From the NCBI GenBank assembly GCA_963697675.1, contig CAVOOW010000003.1, positions 267,562 to 331,561 on the forward strand: a DNA stretch of 64,000 nt, read 5' to 3'. Shown one piece after another: positions 33,352 to 43,933 of the stretch (position 1 is its first letter; every line of letters starts with the position of its first letter). This DNA is from an uncultured Actinomycetota bacterium. Lineage in GTDB: Bacteria; Actinomycetota; Actinomycetes; JACCUZ01. The position numbers were made by a program, and so were the translations under genes. The notes beneath the pieces are model-generated. The model saw only the letters and a list, made by a program, of their open reading frames with translations, ran no database searches and was not told the DNA's origin.

Positions 33352-33459
33352 CTGCCCTACAGCCTGACGCGACCGGCCCTGCCCTACAGCCTGACGCGAC
33401 CGGCCCCGCCCCGCAGCCTGACGCGACCGGCCCTGCCCCGCAGCGTGGCGTGACCGCGT
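33352..33459. repeat. 27-bp tandem repeat (CCTGCCCTACAGCCTGACGCGACCGGC), about four copies, in-frame with hemE
   Basis: Copies at 33352, 33379 and 33406, with a degenerate fourth at 33433. It would encode a PALQPDATG repeat if translated. Confidence 0.65.
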
Positions 33460-34517
33460 CCGTCGCCAATGCATCCGCCGCGCATCCGGGGCTGGTGGAC
33501 TCGGCGTTCCTGAAGGCGTGCCGCCGAGAGCCGGTGCCGCACACGCCGGTGTGGTTCATGCGGCAGGCGGGGCGGTCGCTGCCGGAATATCGCAAGCTGC
33601 GGGCGGGCACCGCGATGCTGGACGCCTGCCGGAGCCCGGAGCTGGTCACCGAGATCACGCTGCAGCCGGTGCGCCGCTACGGCGTCGACGCGGCGATCCT
33701 GTTCAGCGACATCGTCGTGCCGCTGAAGGCCATCGGCGTCGACCTCGACATCAAGCCCGGCGTCGGACCCGTCATCGCCCGGCCGATCCGTACGGCTGCC
33801 GACCTCGACCAGCTGCGACCGCTGGAGCCCACGGACGTCGGGTTCATCGTCGAGGCGATCGGGCAGCTCACCGCCGAGCTGGGCGCCACGCCGCTCATCG
33901 GGTTCGCCGGGGCGCCGTTCACCCTCGCGTCCTACCTCGTGGAGGGCGGCCCGTCGCGCAACCACGAGAACACGAAGGCGATGATGTACGGAGCGCCCGA
34001 GGTCTGGGCCGAGTTGATGCGCCGACTCGCAGACATCCAGGCGAGCTGGCTGCAGATCCAGGTCGCGGCCGGCGCCAGCGCGGTGCAGCTGTTCGACTCA
34101 TGGGTGGGGGCGCTGCCGGCTGCCGACTACGCCAAGCACGTCATGCCCCACTCGGCGACCGTCCTGGCGGCCCTGGAGCACACCGGCGTGCCGCGCATCC
34201 ACTTCGGCGTCGGCACGGGTGAGCTCCTCGCGCTGATGGGCCAGGCCGGCGCCGATGTCGTCGGCGTCGACTTCCGCGTGCCGCTCGACGAGGCAGCGCG
34301 GCGGGTCGGCCCGGACCGTGCGCTGCAGGGAAACCTGGACCCTGCGCTGCTGTTCGCTCCCTGGGATGCCGTGGCCGCGCGTACACGCACGATCCTGGAG
34401 GCCGGCCGGGCTGCTCCCGGACACGTCTTCAACCTCGGCCACGGCGTGATCCCCGAGACCGACCCCGACGTGCTGGCCCGGGTCGTCGACCTCGTGCACG
34501 AGACCTCAGCCGTCTGA
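33450..34517 (+). CDS. hemE: uroporphyrinogen decarboxylase HemE
   Basis: [25 protein letters not shown] and the rest of the UroD fold. The start is uncertain: GTG 33450 was chosen, but the frame is open back to 33270. Confidence 0.85.
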   Translation: MTASVANASAAHPGLVDSAFLKACRREPVPHTPVWFMRQAGRSLPEYRKLRAGTAMLDACRSPELVTEITLQPVRRYGVDAAILFSDIVVPLKAIGVDLDIKPGVGPVIARPIRTAADLDQLRPLEPTDVGFIVEAIGQLTAELGATPLIGFAGAPFTLASYLVEGGPSRNHENTKAMMYGAPEVWAELMRRLADIQASWLQIQVAAGASAVQLFDSWVGALPAADYAKHVMPHSATVLAALEHTGVPRIHFGVGTGELLALMGQAGADVVGVDFRVPLDEAARRVGPDRALQGNLDPALLFAPWDAVAARTRTILEAGRAAPGHVFNLGHGVIPETDPDVLARVVDLVHETSAV

Positions 34518-35471
34518 CGCCGGCGCCGGTGCCGGCGCGGGGCGACGGCGCGAACGCAGGACGAGCAACACGGGTACGCCGATGAGGGCGAGCGTGATCA
34601 GGAACGGCAGCACCGCTCCGGCAGCGGTCAGGGCGACCACGACGACCACCAGCAGGGCGGACAGGCCGCCGCGCAGCCCACTCAGGAAGCCGAGGTTGTC
34701 CTCCTCGACCGGTGGCGCGACGTGCACGTCCGGCGCGACGAGGGAGACGTTGATCGTCGCCAGGTCGACCAGGTCGTCGAGCGACTTCTGCTGCGCCTCG
34801 AGCGCCTCGAGATCGGCCTCTCGCCTGGACAGCTCGCCCTCGACCTGCACGACGGCGCCGACGGTCGTGGCCTTGTCGAGCAGGGCCTGCAGGCGCGCCA
34901 CGCTGGCCCGCTGCGAACGCAGCCGGCTGGCCACGTCGATCGCCTTGGACGTGACGTCCTCGGCCGTCTGAGAGCGAGACAACTGCTTCCCGAGCCCGCC
35001 GAGCTGGTTGAGCACCGAACGGAACTGTGTCGGCGGCACCTTGAGGATCAGCGTCGCCTCTGAGGCTCCCTTGCGGCCGGGTTGCGTCGACGTCTGCTCG
35101 CCGAACACCAGTCCGTCGATTCCGGTGGCGAATCCCTCGGCCCTGGTGACGGCCGCCTCGACGTTCCTGACGCGCACCGTGATGTCGCCGCGATAGACCA
35201 CGGAACGGGTGATCGGCACGACCCTGGCGCTGTTCTGGGTGCCGGAGCCGGTGCCGCCGCCGTCCTGCGCAGACGGCACGCTGCCGCCCGAGGCCGGCTT
35301 GTCCTGCGCGCTGTCGGCGGAGCTCTCGCGCCCAGCAAGGCTCTTGGCTCCCGACCCGCCGCTGCTGCTGCTCGGCTCGTTCCCGGCGCCGCACCCGGCG
35401 AGCAGAGTCGCTCCGGCGAGCAGGGACGCGGTGGACAGTGCGATCACCGTGCTTGATCGTCGTGCGCGCAT
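34506..35471 (-). CDS. DUF4349-domain lipoprotein with a C-terminal TM anchor
   Basis: [28 protein letters not shown] lipobox, a Ser/Gly-rich linker, a coiled region and a C-terminal hydrophobic helix. It is the real 3' third of the otherwise spurious 869-aa ORF. Confidence 0.7.
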   Translation of the reverse strand: MRARRSSTVIALSTASLLAGATLLAGCGAGNEPSSSSGGSGAKSLAGRESSADSAQDKPASGGSVPSAQDGGGTGSGTQNSARVVPITRSVVYRGDITVRVRNVEAAVTRAEGFATGIDGLVFGEQTSTQPGRKGASEATLILKVPPTQFRSVLNQLGGLGKQLSRSQTAEDVTSKAIDVASRLRSQRASVARLQALLDKATTVGAVVQVEGELSRREADLEALEAQQKSLDDLVDLATINVSLVAPDVHVAPPVEEDNLGFLSGLRGGLSALLVVVVVALTAAGAVLPFLITLALIGVPVLLVLRSRRRPAPAPAPASDG

Positions 35472-35675
35472 CGAGGCTCCAGCGTGCTCGGTCGCGCGTC
35501 CCGACCGGACGCTCGTGTGGCTGAGACGCCACCTGGTGTGCTGCGGTTCCCGACCCCTAGGTCGCGGAGTGGTCACGATCTGCCATGGTGAGGCGAATGA
35601 GCGAGCTTGCGTGCTCATCATCGGCACAGCGCGTTCTGCGAGTGCGTCCGACGAGCGCCAGCGAGGAGTGCACCA

Positions 35676-37103
35676 TTGAGCGACGGGGTGAAAAGCCGCC
35701 CGGGTGCCACCCCGCGGCACGTCGTCGTCGTGGGGGGTGGCATCTCCGGACTGGCCGCGGCCTGGTTCCTGCACCGCGACGGCCCGCCCGGCCTCACGAT
35801 CACCGTGCTGGAGGGCAGTCCGCAGATCGGCGGCAAGCTGCGCGTCAGCGACGTGGGTGGCGTCCCGGTCGACGAGGGCGCCGAGTCGCTGCTGCTGCGC
35901 CGGCCCGAGGCGATCGACCTCGCCACGGCCGTCGGGCTGGGCGACGACCTGGAGGACGCGGCGACCACCAAGGCGGCGATCTGGTCCCGCGGCGAGATGC
36001 GGCCGATTCCCGCAGGCACGGTCATGGGCATCCCGGTCGACCTGCGCGCACTCGCGCGCACCGGGCTGCTCAGCGCGCGGGAGCTCGCCCGCGTGCCGGC
36101 CGACTCCTGGCTGCCCGGCGCCCGGTTGGCCGGCGACGTCGCAGTCGGAAAGTATGTCGCGCGCCGGATGGGCCGTGCAGTTGTCGAACGGCTCGTCGAG
36201 CCCCTTCTCGGCGGTGTCTATGCCGGCCGGGCCGACCAGCTCTCGCTCGACGCCACGCTGCCCTCGCTCGCGGCGCCGGCTCGCCGGCACCGCTCTCTGC
36301 TCGCGGCGGCCCGCGAGGCGCGCAGCAACGCGAGTGGCACCGGCGGGGCGGTGTTCGCAGCGCCGCGCGGAGGAGTGGGTCGGTTGCCGGCTGCGGTCGC
36401 GCGGGCGTCCGCGGCGACCGTCCGCACGAATGCCACGGTCCGCGAGCTCACACAGACGCCGTCTGGCTGGGCGGTGACGGTCGGATCGACCCGGGACCCG
36501 GAGCGGATCGAGGCCGACGCGGTGATCCTTGCGGTGCCGCCGGCGGCGGCGGCCCGGCTGTTGCGCGACCCCGTCCCTGCGGCCGGCGCGGAACTGTCGG
36601 TGGTGCGCTCGGCGTCGATGGCCGTCGTCACGCTCGCCTTCCCGGACACGGCGTTCCGGGTGCCACCGCAGGGCTCCGGATTCCTGGTGCCGCCGGCGGA
36701 CGGCAGGGTGGTCAAGGCAGCGACCTTCTCCTCGACAAAATGGCGGTGGTACGCCGACGCCGCGCCCGCCACCGTCGTCGTACGCCTCTCCGTGGGCCGG
36801 ATCGACGAGGAGGCCGACCTGCAACGCGACGACGTCGATCTGGTCGAGGTGGCACTCGCCGACCTGTCCGACGCGATCGGCGTGACCGACCCTCCCGTCG
36901 ACGCACGGGTCAGCCGCTGGGGGGGAGGAATGCCGCAATACGCCGTCGGGCACGTGGGCCGGGTGGAGCGCGTGCGGGCGGCCGTGGCGGCCCATCCGGG
37001 GCTCGCGGTGTGTGGCGCCGTGTACGACGGCATCGGCATCCCTGCATGCATTGCCTCCGCCGAAAGCGCATCGGCGCAGCTGCTGCGACAATGGGTTCCG
37101 TGA
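35676..37103 (+). CDS. hemY: protoporphyrinogen/coproporphyrinogen III oxidase (HemY/CgoX, FAD-dependent)
   Basis: [16 protein letters not shown] Rossmann start and an intact ORF. The start is TTG 35676 or GTG 35688. Confidence 0.8.
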   Translation: MSDGVKSRPGATPRHVVVVGGGISGLAAAWFLHRDGPPGLTITVLEGSPQIGGKLRVSDVGGVPVDEGAESLLLRRPEAIDLATAVGLGDDLEDAATTKAAIWSRGEMRPIPAGTVMGIPVDLRALARTGLLSARELARVPADSWLPGARLAGDVAVGKYVARRMGRAVVERLVEPLLGGVYAGRADQLSLDATLPSLAAPARRHRSLLAAAREARSNASGTGGAVFAAPRGGVGRLPAAVARASAATVRTNATVRELTQTPSGWAVTVGSTRDPERIEADAVILAVPPAAAARLLRDPVPAAGAELSVVRSASMAVVTLAFPDTAFRVPPQGSGFLVPPADGRVVKAATFSSTKWRWYADAAPATVVVRLSVGRIDEEADLQRDDVDLVEVALADLSDAIGVTDPPVDARVSRWGGGMPQYAVGHVGRVERVRAAVAAHPGLAVCGAVYDGIGIPACIASAESASAQLLRQWVP

Positions 37104-37819
37104 CGCCCCCTGCATCAGCTGATCGGCCTGCTCCCAAGCCCAAGGCTCGCGACCTCAACCAGGTGATCCGCTACACGATGTGGTCGGTGTTCAAGGTGGT
37201 GCGACCGCTGCCGGACGACCGGGCCGCCGTGGCCGCGGAGGTGCAGGAGCTGTTCGACCAGCTCGGCGCCAAGGACGTCACGATCCGCGGGACCTACGAC
37301 GTCGCGGGACTGCGGGCCGATGCCGACCTGATGATCTGGTGGCACGCGCCGTCGTCCGACGACCTGCAAGAGGCGTACGGCCGGTTCCGACGGACGACGG
37401 TCGGCGCGGCCTGCGAGCCGGTGTGGTCGTCGATGGCGCTGCACCGGCCGGCAGAGTTCAACAAGAGCCACGTGCCGGCGTTCCTGTCCGATGAGGCTCC
37501 CGGTGACTATGTGTGCGTCTACCCGTTCGTGCGGTCCTACGACTGGTATCTGCTGCCCGACGAGGAGCGCCGCGCGATGCTCGCCGAGCACGGCCAGCTG
37601 GCCAGGTCGTTCCCCGACGTGCGCGCCAACACGGTCGCGTCGTTCGCACTGGGTGACTACGAGTGGATGCTCGCGTTCGAGGCGGACGAGCTGCACCGCA
37701 TCGTCGACCTGATGCGTGAGCTGCGTGCATCCCGTGCGCGGATGCATGTCCGCGAGGAGGTTCCCTTCTACACGGGACGCCGCAAGCCGGTCGCCGAGCT
37801 GGTGGCGGCCCTGCCGTGA
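37091..37819 (+). CDS. hemQ: coproheme decarboxylase HemQ/ChdC (chlorite-dismutase family)
   Basis: A 242-aa protein with [12 protein letters not shown]…[19 protein letters not shown]. It overlaps the hemY stop. Confidence 0.85.
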   Translation: MGSVTPPASADRPAPKPKARDLNQVIRYTMWSVFKVVRPLPDDRAAVAAEVQELFDQLGAKDVTIRGTYDVAGLRADADLMIWWHAPSSDDLQEAYGRFRRTTVGAACEPVWSSMALHRPAEFNKSHVPAFLSDEAPGDYVCVYPFVRSYDWYLLPDEERRAMLAEHGQLARSFPDVRANTVASFALGDYEWMLAFEADELHRIVDLMRELRASRARMHVREEVPFYTGRRKPVAELVAALP

Positions 37820-38751
37820 CCGCAACACCTCGCTCAGGCGAGGGGCACGACGTTGCCCCGGACGGTTCCGGCCGTCCGGACTGTATGGATCTGCACGATG
37901 GCGGACGTCGACCGAGGCTGCGCCGCCCGACACAGCCGCGCCGCACGGAGCTGCTCAACAAACGAGACCGGCTGATCGCGCTCTGCCTCGGCTCGGCCCT
38001 GCTCTACGTGATGGTCGACATCTTCGTCCAGGGCCCGCTGACCCAGCTGGACCTGGCGTTCTACCACTGGCACCCGCACGAGTCGGTCCCCGCGCTGCAC
38101 CGCTGGGCGTGGCTCTACGACAAGTTCGGGCAGCGCTCGGTCCTGCTGCCGATCCTGCTGGTGGTCGCTGGGGTTCTCGCCCGCCAGCACCGCACGTGGC
38201 GGCCGCTCGTACTCGCCTTCACGTCGTTCCTGATCCTCAACGTGGTCGTCGGCGTCATGAAGATCGTGATCGGCCGCACCGAGGTGCACACCGGCGACCC
38301 GTCCGTGCTCAACGGCGGCATCATCTTCCCGTCCGGCCACTCGTCGAACATGGTCCTGACCGGCGGGGTGCTGGTCTACCTGCTGATCCGCTACTCCGAG
38401 CACCCGCCGGTGCGCCGTGTCGTCGCGCTCTGGTCGATGCTCACCGCACTGACCATCGCCACGTCGCTCTACCTGGGCACCCACTGGATCAGCGACCTGA
38501 TCGGCGGGGTTCTGGTCGGCGGCCTGTTGCTTCAGGCCGTGATCGTGTTCGACCGCACGACCGCCCACGTCCGCGATGATCCGCCGGCGATCCTGGCGCC
38601 GGTGATCCGTCTAGGACTCTTCGAGGCGAACACTGATCGAGTTGATGCAGTACCGATCGCCGGTCGGGGTCTGGGGGGCGTCGTCGAAGAGGTGCCCGAG
38701 GTGGGACCCGCACCGCCGGCACCTGACCTCCGTTCGACGCATGCCGAATGA
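37816..38751 (+). CDS. PAP2-family phosphatase (membrane)
   Basis: KIVIGR, PSGHSS and HWISD motifs. The ORF runs 140 bp into convergent msrB, so the C-terminus is uncertain. Confidence 0.65.
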   Translation: MTATPRSGEGHDVAPDGSGRPDCMDLHDGGRRPRLRRPTQPRRTELLNKRDRLIALCLGSALLYVMVDIFVQGPLTQLDLAFYHWHPHESVPALHRWAWLYDKFGQRSVLLPILLVVAGVLARQHRTWRPLVLAFTSFLILNVVVGVMKIVIGRTEVHTGDPSVLNGGIIFPSGHSSNMVLTGGVLVYLLIRYSEHPPVRRVVALWSMLTALTIATSLYLGTHWISDLIGGVLVGGLLLQAVIVFDRTTAHVRDDPPAILAPVIRLGLFEANTDRVDAVPIAGRGLGGVVEEVPEVGPAPPAPDLRSTHAE

Positions 38752-39009
38752 CCGGTCCTCCAGCAGCTCGACGGCGTCGCCCTTGCTGGCCTCGTAGAAC
38801 GACGGCCACCCGCAGTGGCTCTCGAACTTCGTGTCGCTCCTGAACAGCTCGGCCCCGCAGGCCCGGCAGCTGTAGACGCCCTCGGTCTTCGTGTCGGTGT
38901 ACTCGCCGCGGAAGGCCGGCTCGGTGCCCGCCTCGCGCAGGACGTGGTACTCCTCGGGGCTGAGCAGCGCGCGCCACTCCTCGTCGGTCTTGGTGATCTC
39001 GTAGGTCAT
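38611..39009 (-). CDS. msrB: peptide-methionine (R)-S-oxide reductase MsrB
   Basis: CGWPSF and RYCINS motifs; 132 aa. Confidence 0.9.
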   Translation of the reverse strand: MTYEITKTDEEWRALLSPEEYHVLREAGTEPAFRGEYTDTKTEGVYSCRACGAELFRSDTKFESHCGWPSFYEASKGDAVELLEDRSFGMRRTEVRCRRCGSHLGHLFDDAPQTPTGDRYCINSISVRLEES

Positions 39010-39117
39010 ACCTCGAGATTATGTCGGGACCGCAAACTGATCGTGCCTCGTACGCCTTCCCGTCGCGCCCCAGCCTGTTGCTCCGGCCCGGGCGGTGCAG
39101 ACCGGTAACGTGCCCGC

Positions 39118-40188
39118 ATGGCGTCACCCTTCGTGGAGATCGAGGTAGGGGAGCGGACCGTCAAGGTCACCAATCCCGACAAGCTGTATTTTCCGGCCGC
39201 CGGGGTCCGGAAGATCGACTACGTGAACTACCACCTGGCAGTCGGCGACGGCATCCTGCGCGCCCTGCGCGACCGTCCCGTGACGATGGAGCGGTGGCCG
39301 GGCGGGGTCGTCGAGGGTGTGAAGCAGGCGACCCGGGCGGATCCGCGCGGCGACGCGTTCTACCAGAAGCGGGTGCCCAAGGGCGCGCCAACCTGGGTGG
39401 AGACGGCCCACATCGCCTTTCCCTCCGGCCGGACCGCCGACGAGGTCGCACCGACCGAGCTGGCGACCGTCGTGTGGATGGTGAACCTAGGCACGATCGT
39501 CTTCCACCCCTGGCCCGTGCGTCGTTTTGACGTCGACCACCCGGACGAGCTGCGCATCGACCTCGACCCGCAGCCAGGCACCGACTTCGCCGACGCGGTG
39601 CGGGTCGCCCACGAGGCGCACGGCGTGCTCGACGATCTCGGCTGGCGCGGCTTCCCCAAGACCTCCGGCAACCGCGGCGTGCACATCTACGTGCGCGTCC
39701 AGCCACGCTGGACCTTCACCGACGTGCGGCATGCCGCCATCGCGTTCGGTCGCGAGCTGGAGCGGCGGATGCCGATGGAGGTCACCACGAAGTGGTGGAA
39801 GGAGGAGCGCGGCCAGCGGATCTTCGTCGACTACAACCAGAACGCGCGCGACCGCACGATCGCATCGGCCTACTCCGCGCGGCCGCTGCCGCACGCCCCC
39901 GTCTCGGCTCCGTTGTCGTGGGAGGAGCTCGACGACGTGGCGCCGCCCGACTTCACGGTGCTCACGATGCCGGCGCGGTTTGCCGCCGTCGGCGACCTGC
40001 ATCGCGAGATCGACGACGTGGCGCACGACCTCTCGCCGCTTCTCGAGTGGTACGAACGTGATGAACGAGACGCCGGGCTCGGTGACATGCCCTACCCGCC
40101 GGACTATCCGAAGATGCCCGGCGAGCCGATGCGGGTCCAGCCCTCCCGCGCCAAGAAGCCCGCACCGCCGGAGGACGTGGACGACTAG
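39118..40188 (+). CDS. stand-alone LigD polymerase/primase domain protein (NHEJ)
   Basis: A 356-aa protein matching the LigD Pol domain (VKVTNPDKLYFP…KTSGNRGVHIYV). Confidence 0.8.
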   Translation: MASPFVEIEVGERTVKVTNPDKLYFPAAGVRKIDYVNYHLAVGDGILRALRDRPVTMERWPGGVVEGVKQATRADPRGDAFYQKRVPKGAPTWVETAHIAFPSGRTADEVAPTELATVVWMVNLGTIVFHPWPVRRFDVDHPDELRIDLDPQPGTDFADAVRVAHEAHGVLDDLGWRGFPKTSGNRGVHIYVRVQPRWTFTDVRHAAIAFGRELERRMPMEVTTKWWKEERGQRIFVDYNQNARDRTIASAYSARPLPHAPVSAPLSWEELDDVAPPDFTVLTMPARFAAVGDLHREIDDVAHDLSPLLEWYERDERDAGLGDMPYPPDYPKMPGEPMRVQPSRAKKPAPPEDVDD

Positions 40189-40865
40189 TCCAGGCCCCAG
40201 AAGGGGCCGCGCAATCCGACGGAGCGGAAGTAGTCGCCGGCCTCCGAGGGGTCGCGCCGGCGATATCCAGGGGTGAGGCGGCCCTCGTACCAGCGCTCGG
40301 CCAGCCGCCACAGCGTGGCGAGGTCCATCACATAGCCACGCTGGTTGCCGGTGCCGGCCAGCCACTCGTCGACACAGCCGGACGAGCAGAACAGCTGCTG
40401 GTGCCCGCAGGCTCTGACGACGTCATCCCACACCTGGGCCATCGGCACCAGGAAGTGCGCCACCTGGTCGCCGGCCGGTGGCCCCGAGCGACCCACGACC
40501 CACGCGAGCGCCGCTCCGCAACCGGGGCAGCGCGTCGACACCAGCACCTGCGGCTCTTCCGCGACGACCTGCGGGATCGCGAACGAGTCCCAGGCACAGC
40601 CACCCCACCAGAGGGTGCGGCTGCCCATCACGGCGAAGCCCAGGGGCACGGCGGAGAACGGGTGGGCCATGACGACTGCCCCGCGCGCGTCCAAGGCAAC
40701 GTGACGCGCCCGTGCCAACCGCACCAGCGCCGCGCGTACGTCGTCATGGGTGATCGCACGTTGCGCGGCTATCTCGCCGTCAGTCGGCGCTGCGCCCTCG
40801 CGCGCGAACTTCGTGTAGACGGCGAGCCGCACGTCCTCGTCGGAGGTCTGCTCGGGGGTCGGCAT
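40185..40865 (-). CDS. alkylmercury lyase (MerB)-like family protein
   Basis: A WGGCAWDSFAIP segment resembles the MerB Cys/Asp catalytic region. The assignment is tentative. Confidence 0.45.
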   Translation of the reverse strand: MPTPEQTSDEDVRLAVYTKFAREGAAPTDGEIAAQRAITHDDVRAALVRLARARHVALDARGAVVMAHPFSAVPLGFAVMGSRTLWWGGCAWDSFAIPQVVAEEPQVLVSTRCPGCGAALAWVVGRSGPPAGDQVAHFLVPMAQVWDDVVRACGHQQLFCSSGCVDEWLAGTGNQRGYVMDLATLWRLAERWYEGRLTPGYRRRDPSEAGDYFRSVGLRGPFWGLD

Positions 40866-41267
40866 GATCACATCTTGGCCGCATCGCACGGCTCACGCAT
40901 CCGCCGGTGATCTGCCGGACGGCCCCCCGCTGACCGGCAAGCAATGAGGCGGACCCGCGCGGCCATTGGGGGAGCTGGCCACACGGGTCCACCGATGCTC
41001 CAGGCACGGCCGCGCGTCTGGACCGAATGGAAGAATCGGCACCGGGGGGGTTGCGCCGAGTCACCCATCTGACGTTCCGAGAAGTGCGCGCTGAGGGCGC
41101 ACACAAACAAATGCCCCCGACAGCATGACCTATCGGTCCGCCAGGGTCTGGGGCACCCCAAAGTCAATCACTCGTGCTGCCAGTTGTCGAGAATTGGCGG
41201 GCAAAGCATTGTGTCTCGCTCGTCTTTTCGCGCCGCCGACATGTGCCGGGCGACTCTTGCAGGTTTC

Positions 41268-41741
41268 TTAACTGACGACCCGGTCGGTGCCGGAAATGGC
41301 GTGCAGCACCGGCAGCTTGACCTTGTCGCGCAGCCGCGACGCCCAGTCGCGACGCAGGGCGTCGGTGAGCAGATGGGGCGGAGTCACGACGATGATCTCG
41401 TCCGCGTCGTACTGTGCGACAGCCTCGAGCGCGGCGGGGATCGGGTTGGCCCCGGTGATCGAGCCCTTTGCCTCGACGCCGGCAGCGGTGAACAGGGCCA
41501 CAGACTCGTTGACGGCGTGCATCGCGTCGCGTTCGGCCTGCTCCGGCGTGTGGGTGTCGTCGTCCAGGGCGTCGCGCAGGTTGCCGAGGGCGACCTCGTC
41601 GAGCGACTCGATCAGCCGGTTGTGCTCGGCGTGGGCGGGCACCAGGACGTGCACCGAGATCTCGTCGTCATGCAGCGAGGCGATGCGCGTGACGTCGTGC
41701 TGGTGCAGCGCTTCCTCGGCCAGCAGCAGGATCGTGTACAC
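41268..41741 (-). CDS. hypothetical protein
   Basis: A 157-aa acidic protein. It sits just downstream of the ligase gene on the same strand. Confidence 0.45.
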   Translation of the reverse strand: MYTILLLAEEALHQHDVTRIASLHDDEISVHVLVPAHAEHNRLIESLDEVALGNLRDALDDDTHTPEQAERDAMHAVNESVALFTAAGVEAKGSITGANPIPAALEAVAQYDADEIIVVTPPHLLTDALRRDWASRLRDKVKLPVLHAISGTDRVVS

Positions 41742-41751
41742 GCAGGTCCCT

Positions 41752-42825
41752 TCAGGAGGTCAGGATGTCGGCCAAGTCGAAGCGTACGGGGCGCTCGAGC
41801 TGGGCGAAGGTGCAGGACTGCGGCTCGCGGTCGGGACGCCAGCGTCGCCACTGAGCCGTGTGCCGGAACCGAGTGCCCTCCATGTGGTCGTACGCGACCT
41901 CGACGACGAGCTCAGGTCGGAGTGGCACCCAGGAGAGGTCCTTCTTGGCGTTCCACCGGCTGACCGCACCTGGCAGCCGGCCCGCGGCCTGCGCGTCTGC
42001 CTCCGCCCACGCTGCCCAGGGATGGCCCTCGATGCTCTCGACGGCGTAGGGCGCGAGCTCCTCGACCAGCTCGGCCCGCCTCTTCATCGGGAACGAGGCC
42101 GACACTCCCACGTGCTGGAGAGCACCCGTGTCGTCGTACATGCCGAGCAGGAGTGACCCGACGACGCCTCCCGACTTGTGCCAGCGGTAGCCGGCGACGA
42201 CGCAGTCTGCCGTCCGCTCGTGCTTGATCTTGAGCATCGCTCGTACGTCGGACTGGTAGGTGCCGTTGCGCGGCTTGGCGATGACCCCGTCGAGGCCCGC
42301 GCCCTCGAAGACCTCGAACCACTCCTGCGCCAGCGCGACGTTGTCGGTCGCCGGCGTGACATAGACGGGCGGCTCGACGTCGGCGAGCAGCGTCGTCAGC
42401 AGTTCCCGTCGCTCCGAGAACGGCCGAGCCAGCAGAGACTCGTCGTCGGTGGCCAGCAGGTCGAACGCGACGAACGACGCCGGGGTCTCCTCGGCGAGCA
42501 TGTTCACGCGTGACGCGGCCGGGTGGATGCGCTGCAGCAGTGCCTCGAAGTCGAGGTTGTTGTCCGTCGCGATCACGACCTCGCCGTCGACGACACAGCG
42601 CTCGGGCAGGTTCGCCTTCAGCGCCGCGACCACCTCGGGAAAATAGCGGGTGAGTGGCTTCTCGCCCCGGCTGGAGATCTCGACCTCGTCACCGTCGCGG
42701 AAGGCGATGGCGCGGAACCCGTCGAACTTGGGTTCGTAGAGGTAGTCACCCTCCGGGATGGCCTTGACGGACTTGGCGAGCATGGGGCCCAGGGGTGGGT
42801 GCAGCGGCAGGTGCATGCGAGCCAT
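41752..42825 (-). CDS. ATP-dependent DNA ligase (LigC / LigD ligase-domain type)
   Basis: KxDG motif (EPKFDGFRAI) and a complete adenylation plus OB fold; 357 aa. Confidence 0.85.
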   Translation of the reverse strand: MARMHLPLHPPLGPMLAKSVKAIPEGDYLYEPKFDGFRAIAFRDGDEVEISSRGEKPLTRYFPEVVAALKANLPERCVVDGEVVIATDNNLDFEALLQRIHPAASRVNMLAEETPASFVAFDLLATDDESLLARPFSERRELLTTLLADVEPPVYVTPATDNVALAQEWFEVFEGAGLDGVIAKPRNGTYQSDVRAMLKIKHERTADCVVAGYRWHKSGGVVGSLLLGMYDDTGALQHVGVSASFPMKRRAELVEELAPYAVESIEGHPWAAWAEADAQAAGRLPGAVSRWNAKKDLSWVPLRPELVVEVAYDHMEGTRFRHTAQWRRWRPDREPQSCTFAQLERPVRFDLADILTS

Positions 42826-42989
42826 CTTGCCGTGCGACGGTGGTGGAGGGAGCGAGGCGGGCAGGCGGGGTCCGCTTGACGCCTGAGTCCGGTGCCGGAA
42901 CGTGCGCCTGGGCCGGGCGGCGCGGACTGCGGGGCCGACTCTCGGGTACGGCGCGATGCTGGGTGGTCTGAGGAGTTTGCTACGAATGT

Positions 42990-43436
42990 ATGGATTGTGG
43001 GGGACAGCTGCCGATTCGCAAGGCAGACTGGCTGTCGATGCCAGCCACCGGCGTTTGGGGCCTCGGCCATCGGGCTCGAACTGCCAGCCCTTACATGCTG
43101 GCCGGACTGCTGACGGCCACCGGCGCGCTGCACTTCATCTCGCCACGGCCCTTCGCGGCCATCGTGCCCGCGCGGTTGCCGGCGCCGACAACGATCGTCT
43201 ACGCCAGCGGTCTGGCCGAGCTGCTCTGCGCTGCCGGTCTCGTGGCCCCGCGGACGCGGCGGCAGGCGGGCTGGGCGACGGCAGCGTTGTTCGTCGTCGT
43301 GTTCCCCGCGAACGTGCAGATGGCACTGCGCTCCGGCGCCCGGTCGGACGCATATCAAATCGGCGCGTGGGCGCGGCTGCCGCTGCAGATCCCGCTGGTC
43401 GCCTGGGCGCTGTCCGTCACTCGCCGCGGAAACTGA
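42990..43436 (+). CDS. DoxX-like small membrane protein
   Basis: Four predicted TM helices. The start is probably internal: MPATG at 43038 or MLAGLL at 43095. Confidence 0.5.
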   Translation: MDCGGQLPIRKADWLSMPATGVWGLGHRARTASPYMLAGLLTATGALHFISPRPFAAIVPARLPAPTTIVYASGLAELLCAAGLVAPRTRRQAGWATAALFVVVFPANVQMALRSGARSDAYQIGAWARLPLQIPLVAWALSVTRRGN

Positions 43437-43637
43437 CGTCCCGGCTTCCTTGATCGCGTCGGCTTTGCCGAACTGGCGGGCTGCTGATCGGTTGAGTCAG
43501 TCCACAGCCCGCCACTTCGGGCGGATCCTGTCGGCGGTCAGAGCCCGAGCGCGCAAGATCGTGACTACCGGTGAAGAAAGTTGTGTCGACTCGACTTTTT
43601 CACCGGAACTGCTGATCTTGGTGCGGGGTCGCCGCAA

Positions 43638-43683
43638 GCATGCGCGATCTGCTGTGGTCCTGACCCCGGCGATTCGCGCATGC
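43638..43683. repeat. 46-bp REP-like palindromic element, copy 3
   Basis: It has the same length, the same GCATGCGCGAT / ATCGCGCATGC termini and the same CCCCGG core as the copies at 25716 and 25811, at about 80% identity. Confidence 0.5.
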
Positions 43684-43714
43684 CCGTCGCGGAAGTGTCG
43701 GGGGGCGCGAAGGT

Positions 43715-43840
43715 GTCGCGGAGGTCGCGGAGGTCGCGGAGGTCGCGGAGGTCGCGGAGGTCGCGGAGGTCGCGGAGGTCGCGGAGGTCGCGGAGGTCGC
43801 GGCGGTCGCGGAGGTCGCGGCGGTCGCGGCGGTCGTGGGC
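43715..43840. repeat. 9-bp microsatellite (GTCGCGGAG), about 14 copies with GTCGCGGCG variants
   Basis: A perfect run of about 10 units followed by degenerate units, in a convergent intergenic region. Confidence 0.8.
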
Positions 43841-43895
43841 GGCGGTCGCGGGCGGCGGGGACGCGGTCCTCGTACCGGCCCGAGATTGCGATTTT

Positions 43896-43933
43896 CGTGC
43901 TCAGGCTCCGAGTCGACTCACAATCTGAGCACG
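43896..43933. terminator. inverted repeat CGTGCTCAG…CTGAGCACG (9-bp stems, 20-nt loop) at the 3' end of the minus-strand gene
   Basis: It lies 4 bp beyond the stop of the gene at 43937. No U-tract is present. Confidence 0.3.

Noticed and set aside
33270-33450. hemE start at 33270 (MIDFEDGG…), as given by the ORF track
   Set aside because: That start lies inside the MITE-like repeat, and the N-terminal extension would be repeat-encoded. The conserved HemE N-terminus ([12 protein letters not shown]) begins just after 33450, so a start at GTG 33450 is preferred. This remains unproven.
34506-37115. 869-aa minus-strand ORF spanning the hemY locus
   Set aside because: Only the 3' 321 codons (DUF4349 lipoprotein, 34506-35471) are real. 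The remainder is the antisense frame of hemY with junk composition.
43715-43840. Possible CRISPR array (short direct repeats)
   Set aside because: The 9-bp units are contiguous with no spacers, and the 20-bp and 27-bp arrays elsewhere also lack spacers. There are no cas genes. These are simple tandem repeats.
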